A stretch of 64,000 nt of DNA from Tubiluchus corallicola (taxonomy: Eukaryota; Animalia; Priapulida): contig JAQGDQ010000182.1 in the NCBI GenBank assembly GCA_030141605.1, forward strand, positions 310,001-374,000, in the 5' to 3' direction. The notes under the pieces are model-generated. The model searched no databases and was not told where the DNA came from. It was given only the letters and a program-made list of their open reading frames with translations. This document shows positions 53,883 through 64,000 of this stretch, in pieces. Each line of letters begins with the position of its first letter. The stretch's first letter is position 1. Made by a program: the position numbers and the translations under genes.

Positions 53883-56800
53883 CTAAGAAACAAATACAGA
53901 AACGTGATTAGCGAACAGGCTAGTAAAAACAACTGGAACGATTAATAAAAATTCCACAACAAATAAACTGAAAAAAGGTACAAAGTTTCAATATGCCACT
54001 GAATATGTCAGGGTCAGTTGAAATAAAAAGAGAAAAGAAGAAAATATCAATAATGCTAATATGATTTTAACTTTTAGGTCAATCAACTGTTTCCTTGCAT
54101 CTTTCTATGAAAAAATTTAATTTAGATTTTATGCATTATTATTTTAGTTGAATGATGATGCATACATGTTGATACCAAATGTTTCAGAAGCTCATGGAAG
54201 AAAGATGTCATCGGTGGTGCTATCTCATCTCATTTTTACCAAGTTCTCATTAAAATATTCATCTACAAACACTACAAAAATACAGAAACAATCATGAAAG
54301 CATGGACTACAAATGAAAAAAGATAATGCCTATGTGGAACTTCCTACAGAATCCACACTAAACAATCAGAAACACTGTCCTACCTTTGCTCTTGAAGAGT
54401 AGACTGTATTTCTTGTACACGTACAAGTGACCTGGCAGACTTCAACTCTGCTGACACTTGTGTACATTGTAGACTACCTACTCTGTGGGCCTCCTCCTGG
54501 AGCTTGTTTGCCTGCATTTAATTATCACATTTTAAATTTTAGAAAACCTAAAAAAGAACTTATTTTCTACCAGAAGTAAGAGAAATGTCACTTAATTTAG
54601 CATCACTTTTATCTATAAAATAGACACATTTGTAAAAAAATAAATGTTTAGAACATTAAGTTTCAGTAGCTATGAAGCTAACATAATGTTATCTAATCCC
54701 AGAGTTCCTGCTATGCGGAATGTTGCTGATGCTACAGTGATGTTATTTATCTCAGAATTTTTTAGACACAGGTTATTTTTTATTTGTTTATCAAGTTTAC
54801 ATAAAATCAGGGACATGCAGTCTTGGTAAAATTACATCACATTGTAAGAATTGAAATTACCTGTCTTTCTGCACTATCGGCTTGCCAAGCTGTCACATGT
54901 GCCATTAATTCAGGATTTACATAGTTTGCTAGCGAAGGAGAGAGGTTTGCTACTGGTGGTCTAACTGCAGCAGATAGTGATGTTGATGGTATATTACTAG
55001 GCAATGCCGTTGGTCCTGCGCCGGGAGATGGAGTGTTTCTTCTGTAACAACGTATTGTCATTTATTTGTATTTTTGGAATAGCTGAAATCTCTGCGAGAT
55101 AGTACATGTAACTATGAGACATTTCTGGAAACTGATTATCCTCATTTTAAAACCTGTTAGGCAGCTAGGCTGCAATAATTGCACAAAAAGTACTACATAT
55201 TCCAAGAAAGGCACAAAATCCTCTTTTAGATAATTTGCAATTAGCGAAAATGGTAAAAAGAAGAATCAAAAGACACATAAGAGACATTGCTTACAAAATA
55301 AAAATTCGGAGAAATGACACCACAAGGTCAGTAAAAGTTTAAAATCAATTGTGAAAATAAATCTTTTACTATAATTTAGATAAAAAGTTCCTCAATACTA
55401 TTTATGGTTCAAATTGAAACAGGCATTTGTGAACGTTTGTAACCTTCTGTTTGAATTTTAGGCATTACTAATTTACTAGAATTTAGAGTAATACGCTCGC
55501 TTACATTAAGTTGGAAGCAAGTTACAGGAAGCTACAGATTACGGAAGCAAGTTTCTATGCTACTGGATGTTAGAAGCAGAATTACAAGTAAAATTGTATA
55601 TTACAGCTACAGTTTTCTAGAGTAATCAAGTTAAGCTTATGTAAAGCATAATCACAAGAAATAAAATCTTTGCCAAAAATTTTTCAACAAATTCTCTTTT
55701 ACACAAAGACTTTATTACTAGAATATATCATACAACAAGAAGATTGAAGAACAAAGTCTGCCGAGAAGGTGAAAACAGTGATTCACCAAAGTTATCTACA
55801 TATATAGCATGAATTTAAAAATACAACCTTTGGTACTTCTGAAGCCTAAACCACATTATTAGAGAGCTAGGTTAAAATGTTAGATTCTTAAAAACTGTAC
55901 CGGGTAAAAACAAGTGAATGAATGACCCTAACTAATCGAATCTGTTTTACGAATCATGCACAACTCACCCACAGCTATCGCTGTCTTCTGTTGGGCTTTG
56001 GTACACGTGATCAAGATCCCTGGGTTCAGAAGCAAGCGGCGTGGTCGCCTGTGGGGGCAGATGGGAAACATTTGCCACGGGAGTTGTTGTTATCGACTGA
56101 GAACGCGATGGATACTGGCCACACATAGCCGGTTCCGCAGATTTCTTCGGTGTCTGTGGAGAAGCATCTTTTGCTTGGTTCTGCCCACCTAAATAAAAAT
56201 TAACACTGGTGAGCACAATCTCTAACCAAAAAAGCACATTTAATTTTTCTCTATATCTGACATTTTTATTCACTAATACATACAGACGAGTCACAGTAAC
56301 TAGCTGTATTAATAAATGCAACTAATGTACATGATTAACGTACATCCAAAACATGATTTATTTAATATCACATAAATTTCATAGCCCCTTTCTAACATAA
56401 AATGTCTGATTATTACAGTTTTATTTTCTGTAAACAGTGCTACGGTTTTACTTATATAAATAATTTGAAAATCCTGAAGATTCTGAAAATTCTATACAAA
56501 TATTAAAATGTAAACAATTTTCTGAATCTATATTTCTTTGTCATACTTTTGCCTTTTTGCACTCGCATTTTTTACTTTATAGTCTGTACTTGAAGGCAAT
56601 GACAAAGAATACCTAAATATTTAAAACTAATGTCGTGCAAAAGCGCTATTGTCCATCTTAAAAACATGGATTTAATAAAAAGTTGAGCTTCTAAATTTTT
56701 TAGTGTACTCTCAAGAGTAAAATCAATTACTCATTCTGCTTTCCAATATTCAGCGTCACATACAGAGTGAGAATCATTTATCAGCATAGTCATATACACA

Positions 56801-59800
56801 GAGAGAAGTGTTCATCAGCATAGTCATATACAGAGTGAGAAATGTTCATCAGCAAAAAACACGGCACCATTACCTAACAAATGTAGACATGCGCTTGTAC
56901 AAATGATTTTCGAAAGCCCAGCACAGAAAATTATACTGCCTAAGTTATGCTGCATATCAATGCCTAAAATTTTGTACTTAAGTAAGGCTATTTTACAAAG
57001 CAAAACGGTAATCGCATCAAAGTAATATTTTGTTACATTGCTCATAAGATGGTACACCTATTTTACGAAAAACTGTAACAAAAATCACAAACCTGTTTTC
57101 TGTGATAAAATCAAAGCTTGCTGTAAAGTTTGGAGCGCTGAAATAGAATGACGCAATACATAAAGCAGAGGTAGATCAATAAAAATAAAACCTTTCAACA
57201 AAAAGTAATTCATGTTACGTATATTTTAACTCAGTTTAGCAGTATGGATGAAAACAGTTTTTCTGACAAATATGTATCTATCCCTTAACATGGCCTGGCA
57301 ATGTTTAACTTCCAGCTTACATGTGATCACTTAGCTAATCTCATCACCCCATGGTGAAGACTATCCACCTCAAATTTACAAATTGCTGCTACCTACTATT
57401 AATACCAAATGAATTCACTTACATATAAAATATGCAAATTTAGTATGACAATATAGGCTGTCCACACAGTCCTTCAAAAGAATGACCACTGTCTACACGA
57501 TCAGTTTTCACTCTCAGTTAGTTTGCCTATAACTATTTATTGAAGTATTTTATTGAACTGAATTATTAAAAATTTAGACGAGAAGATCCAGGATGTGTAA
57601 TGGCGTTATAAATCCAATTTCATGTGAAATCTACACAAACTGTACATAGGTAACTTATTACACTTAAATAGTATGCTATAATGCAAGTATTAGTCCTACA
57701 TACGGGTACCGTTATACTTTATAATGTTATACAAGAAAAATTCAATTTTGGGGGTATGGTGGGAACCATAGGTTAACGAGGGAGCGCTAAAAATACTCTT
57801 GCCTAGGGCGTCAAACTAAATAAAGCCTGCCCTGCCTGCACAAAAAGGAGCTTTCTTGGCAGTGGATAAAGCATGTGCTTTAGCAAAGGGACAGCGAAAT
57901 CATAGAAAAAATAAGTTATGGGATAAAAAATTGTGGCAACAAAGAAACAAAAATGGAAGCTATTACCAAACAGTACAAGAATTAAGAACAGAAGCATTAT
58001 AATGTATAATGCAATAATTTTTGATAAGCACCAGAAGAAATGTCCTGTAGGCACTCTATCTCCCTGTACATGTCTGTATACTCTATTACGAGTTCCCTTC
58101 TCCACTCTATGCATTCCATCTTCAATTATTTACATAATCGCACACCTCAGCTTTTTCACTCAGGGACACCTGTACACTTAATTTATAAAACAATAGATGC
58201 TTTTCGTTGTTTTGCAAGCGGTTTTTCGGGAATTCCGTGCGTTTTGGCTACCTTGGTGCCTCCTGCAAGCGGGCTGTTCTAGCTGGGTCACCAGTGCACA
58301 TTTTTATTGGCTGTTCATTTGGAGAACGATGGCCGATACTGGCAAAATTCAAGACCAGGTTGATATCACCAAACTTAAATGGCATTCAAATTTCACTGCA
58401 ATTCTTGGTGTCCACGTGATCCTTCATCGATATTATACGATAAACTCAAGAATGACAGTGTATTGAATGACCGTGTGTATGGCCTATTAATGTGTATAAT
58501 ATTGTTATATTGTTGAGTGCTAGGTCTCGACTTGCAGTATGGTAAACAATATGTAAAAACATTAAGTGTTACTTGAACTTCACATGTGTTACACAAGCAG
58601 CAACAAATTTTAATGCAATTTATTTCCAGACATCTGTTGTTTAAAGCAAGTGAAGTCCTTACCTTCTTGTGCTGTTATCTCTGGTTTACCCACACTTTTA
58701 GCAAGTTGAGAAATCAGGTGAGCGGTAATGTTTGACGTGGGTTGGCCTGAGGGAGAGGGTGTCCTACTACCACTAGGCGTACTGCCAGGAGAAATGTCCA
58801 TACAATCTGCAGAACACGCAGAAAAACTTGCATTATTAACATAAGCATTCAATTTGTAAAACCTCAATCCTGTTTTACCTAACTTGCATGGATTATAAAA
58901 TGCCTAAATTAAATGCAACTAAATTAAAGAAAATATATTTCAGTTTTAATGGGATTTGAATACTGAATAGTAGGACAATCAGCTTAGTGATTTGCCAATG
59001 ACTAAAGGCAACTGCCTAGAACAATTTGCCACTGACCACCTGTCCATTTATTGACCAGGGTCGACACTGCTTAATTTCCATTGCCAAACTGACTACTCAA
59101 CTATTCCCTCAGATACTGGACTGGATGCTAATAAACAAAGTCAACTGTCTTTTTACCTCCCCGATCTGATGGTCACTGAAAATCAAGGATGCATACTTTG
59201 TTTTGCATCCCGAAATTTCTCACTAAGTACCTGAGTCATGGCCACACCAGAAACGGACTGTAAAATTTCTTGGACAGATTCAAGACTTTAAGCTGAGTGA
59301 AAAAAAGTTAAGCCAGAGGTGAATGTATTGGTATTTGAGATGACCCATTTATAGAAGCATAAAAAATTCAGCATACCATGATGTTTATTATGATGTGCAG
59401 CACGAAGCAGCTCCTTTTGTTTTGGATCCGGAAGCTCTAATGGTACATTACTAGATGTAGCTGAACTGAAAGTATAAAACCGCTTTAGTACCACCAATTA
59501 CAAACAGTCCGTAAATGAAATTCACCATTACACTGGCAAAAATAATAACAAAGCAACTTTCCATGCTGCTGCTGTTTTATTTCCAAGAAGTACTGGAAAT
59601 CGTGAGCTTATAGTAAAAACAGAATTAAATGTTTTTATCTCCACAAACTTCATCTTCTGGTTACTACCTGTCTGCATATGTGGAGAAAAGCTATGCACAT
59701 GTAAAACATCACATGCCCAAAGTCAAAAGCAACAAATGGAATGGAAGTTACTTCTTCAGTAACTATTTGAGTTGGCAGTAATATAACAAATTTGTTGTCA

Positions 59801-62800
59801 GATTCAACTCAGCAGTAATATAGTGGACCCTTCTGTCCAACTCAAATCGCCAGTAACGTTGTTTATTCTCTGTTCTGTCTTGTAAAGCCTCTGTGCAATT
59901 TGACTCGGCAACGGTTTAATGAATCTTCTGCTGGTTTTGGCCTGGTGTGGTACTGTTCTGCTATTGGGTATATCAGAGTTTCGCTGCATTATAAAAACAT
60001 CTGCATGACAAGAAAATGACTGAACATGCTTATGTGATGTGGTTTCATGATCTGATGCTAATTCGATCAATTGTATCCTCTCTACTTACTGGACATATTC
60101 ACAATCACAATGGTTGACAGATAAATGCACTTCCTTATAACTGTCTGCCAATTCTCTTTGAAGGCCTCTGTTTTTACAACACCATGGCATTTGAAGTCAT
60201 CTTTTAAAAGTTTTGATACTTAAAACGTGCATGTATTCTATATGAGAGATTAAAAGCTGTCTATTGCTTCAGCCAATACATTAATTGGTATAACTATGAC
60301 AAAAGAAGACACGGTTTTAGAATCTATTACAATATAAGACGCATGTAATTCATTAAAAGTTGCCTCTTGTGAATAGACATGATATTAATTCACTCAGACT
60401 GGATTTCAGTGAATTTAATGTCTTGTGGGAAATTTCAAATTTGCTGACACACAGTAGGAAGCAAATCATAACACTACAGGTGAGAACTTAATGCAGTATT
60501 GTGCTTTAGAGATCCTCTATGGTCTAAACCTATCTTTAACTTAAGTTCTATGTCAATGTCAATTTCCCTGTGCCATGCGAACCAAAAACAAGAACAGTGT
60601 CACACCAACAACATTATTAGCAAGATGATCTCGAAGATTCTCTAAATGTTCTTTGACCTATTCAACTTTGATAAAGACGAATTTTTTAAGAGTTGTGTAT
60701 GTATATTATATTTCATACATAAAAAGCAAATGCCAGTTTAAAAAAGCATTAGCTTGTTCATCACGTGGCAAAATGTTTTGTATTGGCTAATATGCAAACT
60801 CACCCAAATGGATTCTTTCCAGTAGTGACCCATAAGTCGATCCACTCTCCCGGTTTCTCCCACTGTGAAACTTCTGTTTTACTGTTATAATAATACTTCT
60901 TGCCTGATGAGCTTATCTGTTGTGACCAATCGCCGAATGTCTACAGCAAAACAAGACAATATTTAATACAATTTACAAATGCAGAAAATTAATTAATTAA
61001 CAGTATGGCTTCATTTTTATAGAAATAAGGTAAACTTAATCAAAACGGACAGCATCTGTTATGTAAATGTTGCAGTTGAGTGCTGGTTTTCGGCCACACG
61101 GTTTTTCGATACACAAGCAAAATATCACACCTCAAAAATTGTAAACAATGCCATTATGGGGAATGTCATTGCAATATCAAACTGGATCAGATCCAAAATT
61201 AGGTTGGAAAAATTCATGTAGTACAACTCATTATATGTACAACCCAGACACAGGTCACTCATTAATCACATTAACTACTTGGCGTTTATTTATTATTAAA
61301 AGTGATTAACATAATTTACCAATAACATTATGTATTTACATCGGTATAATTTACTAATTAATGTTTGTTTTACTATCAAAACACATCATATTAGGAGCTG
61401 ATGATCACTTGTAAAAGCAAGTTGCAGCTAAATTAGAAATCACATTCACCTCAAGTTTATTTTTATCATGGTTACTGCTATTGTGTCTTACAGGTCCATG
61501 GTGCATAGCGCTACCATCAGGCTTATTTCCCAGTTTCTTTTCAGTTTCTGCAAAGCAAGACAAACACAACCATATATGTTATACTCTAATCTTGCCTTAA
61601 TATTTCTAGTTAGTGTTTACATGGGTGGTAAAAATCAGACTCGGTACCCTTTTCCTCATACTGTCGGGTACCCGGGTAATCAATTGTCAAGATTCAGTAG
61701 CAGAAATTTAAATCATTGGCAGAAGTTTACTCTCAAATAAAAAAATTGGTGCATTTCAGCAAACTGCACTGTTCTTTAATAATAAGCATTGAGCTATTAC
61801 ACGCTAAGGGCCTGAATACATGAGCTACGAGTCTCAAAAGTTAGTGTTTTTGTCACGCGCAGCATTTGCTGAGTGTATGCCCTTATCTGCCATAAAGTTT
61901 TGTTTAGATAGTTAGCCTATGCACTTGCTTTTTATAGGCCACCTCTATGGAAAAAGTCGTTTGATCTGCCCTGCACAAATGATTTTTAAAATGATTGCTG
62001 CTGACTTGCTAATGTTGCCAAAGCAGCAGTTAATACTCTCATAATATAGGCACCTAATGTAGGAGTGCACAGTATGAGGTGGCATTCAAATTTTAAATTC
62101 TTAAACGATGGATTTCTTACTAATAATAATGTCTGCATTTTCACTGTTGGAACTAGGTAGAATTATCAGGCTCGAGAAATTACTCGGGTATCTAATGGAA
62201 ACACTGTTCCTTTTAACAGCGATAAATAAAGCACAAGCTTTCAATCACCTATTGTGAATGTAGTAAACTGTATTCTACAAAATTCTGCTCTATTCTATTC
62301 TGCTTTGGTTATATATTATCTTGCTCTGCACATCAAAACTATTCTTACCTACAATGCCAACAAGACTAAAAAATACAGCCAATTAAACGATATAGTAATG
62401 AGTTTGACTGTACTTAAAAGTAAAGTAAAAGTAAAGGAGAAGTCTCAAATTAAAGGAAAATGTCATTACATTAATGATTAATAAAAAAATGCAAAATAAA
62501 CAATTTTTTGTTAAAACTTAATAAAAACACTCTGACTATGAATACTTTTTTAACTTACAAAAATGCCTTGTATTTTTATTTTATAAAATGCTTGCTTCAG
62601 ATTAAGAAAGGTCTTTTCAAAGTGTTTCTGCATTCAAAATGTTTAAATCATTTAATCAGCTGTCACTTTATCAAGAAACAGTGCTGAACATTACAAAAAA
62701 GTTATAAAACAATCTTAAATGATTGTTATAGATGGCAATGATGTAATTATACAGAAAATAACGTAGTACAATGGTAGACTATGATTATAGCTATATTTTT

Positions 62801-63058
62801 ATTACCTTTGTAGATATCCAGCAAAAGTTGGCTTATTCTTAATTTAATTTATACAAACAATATGATTAAGCATGCTAATATTATTACATTATTACCTTTC
62901 ATTTTATCTCTTTCACGTTCTTTTTCTCGTTGCCGCTGAACATAAGATGGCTTGTGGTGCAATGCATGTGGGCTTCTTGAATCATCTTTGCTAAGAGGAC
63001 TCTCTCCATGTCCACTTTGTGTTCCATTGTTAGTAGGACTAGAACACTTCCTCAGACT
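53810..63058 (-). CDS. WAC: WAC, WW domain-containing adaptor with coiled-coil (5'-partial; 10 exons: 63058-62896, 61547-61492, 60940-60804, 59465-59377, 58806-58663, 57137-57093, 56188-55969, 55041-54861, 54511-54384, 53882-53810)
   Basis: All ten exons have GT-AG boundaries with matching phases (1,0,2,1,1,1,2,0,2). They total 1236 nt (411 aa + TAG). The WW domain and C-terminal coiled coil are diagnostic of WAC. The start codon lies beyond the window. Confidence 0.93.
54384..54511 (-). CDS. WAC: WAC coiled-coil exon
   Basis: Translates [43 protein letters not shown], compared with human ASRLREEAHNMG...[22 protein letters not shown]. Donor AG|gtagga. Confidence 0.95.
54861..55041 (-). CDS. 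WAC: WAC exon (…[28 protein letters not shown])
   Basis: Matches the conserved WAC motif L..HV.GW.ADH.E(K/R)Q. Acceptor tgttacag|, donor CAG|gtaatt. Confidence 0.92.
55969..56188 (-). CDS. WAC: WAC Pro/Ser/Thr-rich exon
   Basis: Acceptor tttttatttag|, donor TGG|gtgagt. Lies within ORF 55965..56321. Confidence 0.85.
56755..56854. repeat. 34-bp tandem repeat x3 in a WAC intron
   Basis: Units of gtcatatacagagtgagaa.tgttcatcagcata. Confidence 0.85.
57093..57137 (-). CDS. WAC: WAC 45-nt exon ([15 protein letters not shown])
   Basis: Acceptor ttctatttcag|, donor CAG|gtttgt. Phase 1/1, encoding an amphipathic helix-like peptide. Confidence 0.8.
58663..58806 (-). CDS. WAC: WAC exon ([19 protein letters not shown]...EITAQE)
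   Basis: The MDISPGSTP motif is typical of invertebrate WAC. Acceptor ttctgcag|, donor GAAG|gtaagg. Confidence 0.88.
58951..59089 (-). mobile_element. Possible SINE head: 5S-rRNA-like segment followed by a tRNA-like segment
   Basis: 59037-59079 aligns by eye to the antisense 5S rRNA internal control region (~31/43 against the remembered sequence). The adjacent segment has A-box-like gtggcaaattgttctaggc and B-box-like gtattcaaatccc on the minus strand. Confidence 0.4.
59377..59465 (-). CDS. WAC: WAC exon ([29 protein letters not shown])
   Basis: Acceptor tactttcag|, donor CATG|gtatgc. Phase 2 in, phase 1 out. Confidence 0.8.
60804..60940 (-). CDS. WAC: WAC WW-domain exon
   Basis: Translates [33 protein letters not shown], matching the WAC WW domain ([30 protein letters not shown]). 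Acceptor gttttgctgtag|, donor GG|gtgagt. Confidence 0.95.
61492..61547 (-). CDS. WAC: WAC 56-nt exon ([19 protein letters not shown])
   Basis: Strong acceptor gtcttgctttgcag| and donor CCT|gtaaga. It converts phase 1 to phase 0, as the flanking exons require. Confidence 0.8.
61611..62206. mobile_element. Old MITE in a WAC intron (CAGTGTTTCCAT-type TIR)
   Basis: Left tagtgtttacat and right atggaaacactg are near-inverted. Subterminal cgggtac/tacccg motifs occur at both ends. The TSD is poorly preserved. Confidence 0.45.
62896..63058 (-). CDS. WAC: WAC exon ([12 protein letters not shown]...[13 protein letters not shown])
   Basis: ttttcag| acceptor at 63059-63061 and AAAG|gtaat donor. Open frame, with an RE-rich tail as seen before the WW domain in WAC proteins. 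Confidence 0.8.
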
Positions 63059-63074
63059 CTGAAAATAAAAATTA

Positions 63075-63425
63075 TAAAGAGATGTATAAAATGTTCATCG
63101 GTCTTTCGGACTTGAATCCTGTAATGCTCTTTGATTGCCGTCCTTCAGTAGCAAGAGGGCACAAGTAGAAAATATATAAAAGACAGTTCAGGCCGGATGT
63201 ATAAAGTTTACTTTCTCAAATGCAGAGGTAAACCTATGGAACTCACTGCCAGAAGATGTTATCAGTAGCCTTACAGTTGGGGCTTTCAAAACACGCTTGG
63301 ACAAATTTGCACGTGCTAGAAATCTCTTATACTAGTGCCCAAGCTGGCGCTCAAGGAGGTAGAATGCCACAGGTGGCACTCACCATCTGGTAGAGGAGAA
63401 TCAAAAAGTTGGTGGTAAATGGAAA
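63075..63425 (+). mobile_element. CR1/L2-like LINE 3' fragment (pseudogenised ORF2 end plus 3' UTR)
   Basis: Translates MYKMFIGLSDL...ARGHK*KIYK...FSN..VNLWNSLPEDVISS.TVGAFKTRLDKF. This matches the RGH...WN.LP...FK.RLD C-terminus of CR1-group ORF2, with stops and a frameshift. Confidence 0.8.
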
Positions 63426-63669
63426 CGTTCACTATCAAGTGAGGTAAACCAGACTTCCGAATTTAAAAGGCCTGTAATTGTTTAGTTGTATAGTCATTTA
63501 TTTCACCCCATCACATCAAATTCACAAGTAATATACACAATATAAAATGTAAAATACAAAATAAATGTGATTCAAGGAAGTCACAGGCTGAAGCTTGTAA
63601 GCCCACCATGCTAACATTGTGACATTTACTGTGTATAATGTGTACTAACTGCAGTATAGTAAACAGGTA

Positions 63670-64000
63670 TAGGTTACCATACGTCCAGGTTTCCCCGGAC
63701 ACGTCCTCTTTTTGGGTCTCTGTCTGGGCATCCGGGCAGGTTTTCAAAAAATCGGCAGTCCGGGTTTTGCCTCAATCCGTAAGTATGTACGGACGTTGCC
63801 AACTGCAGAGGCGTACGACAGTACGAGACAAAGAAAACGACTTAAAATGACGTCAGCTTCAGCTTGACGTTATTGGCTCATAAGGGATGGGTGAAGTACT
63901 TCAGCTTCTGAACGATGAATGCTTTTCAGAACTTCTTGTCATCGCAGAATCACATTGTTTTAATACTGGTCATTTTTGCCTACTTACAAGTGTGCGAAAA
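63670..64000. mobile_element. Left end of a hAT-type DNA element running off the window
   Basis: TAGGTTACCATACGTCCAGGTTTCCCCGGACACGTCCTCTTTTT resembles the TAGGGTGACCATACGTCC... termini of non-autonomous hAT elements, with ccgg-rich subterminal repeats. Confidence 0.6.

Noticed and set aside
57231-57348. Box C (GTGATGA) ... box D (CTGA) pair on the WAC sense strand ~95 nt before an acceptor, snoRNA-like in position
   Set aside because: No terminal stem and no recognisable rRNA/snRNA antisense guide. A snoscan or Infernal hit would be needed.
57803-58596. Overlapping ORFs within a WAC intron
   Set aside because: Candidate acceptors with a pyrimidine tract hit stops in the required phase. Exons 58663 and 57137 already join in frame.
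60120-60660. Two possible micro-exons (60657-60606; 60200-60131) in the WAC intron after the WW exon
   Set aside because: Their phases are incompatible with the strong phase-2 donor and would need several weak splice sites at once.

Overview
AT-rich animal genomic DNA, most likely from an invertebrate bilaterian (the species cannot be assigned from sequence alone). It holds parts of two spliced genes, both on the minus strand. (1) The 5' half of a zfh2 / ZFHX3-ZFHX4 (ATBF1) zinc-finger homeobox gene: a 3046-nt first coding exon (23628-20583), an ~18.5-kb intron, and a second large zinc-finger exon (2050 to <1) that runs off the window. (2) The last ten coding exons of WAC (WW-domain adaptor with coiled coil; 63058-53810), which join in one continuous frame ending at a TAG stop. 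About 30 kb of non-coding DNA separates them. It is rich in CpG and TAATTA motifs near ZFHX and resembles a developmental regulatory landscape. Repeats include two LINE fragments, several hAT-type MITEs, a foldback element, minisatellites and local duplications. The most notable candidates are: a 34-bp P-element-type excision footprint (17+17 nt between 8-bp target duplications); an in-phase internal first exon that would give a short ZFHX isoform; a possible recursive splice site; a uORF pair at the ZFHX start; CTCF-like motifs; and a possible 5S+tRNA composite SINE head. All calls were made by eye and none is verified computationally. No prokaryotic or CRISPR-type system is present.
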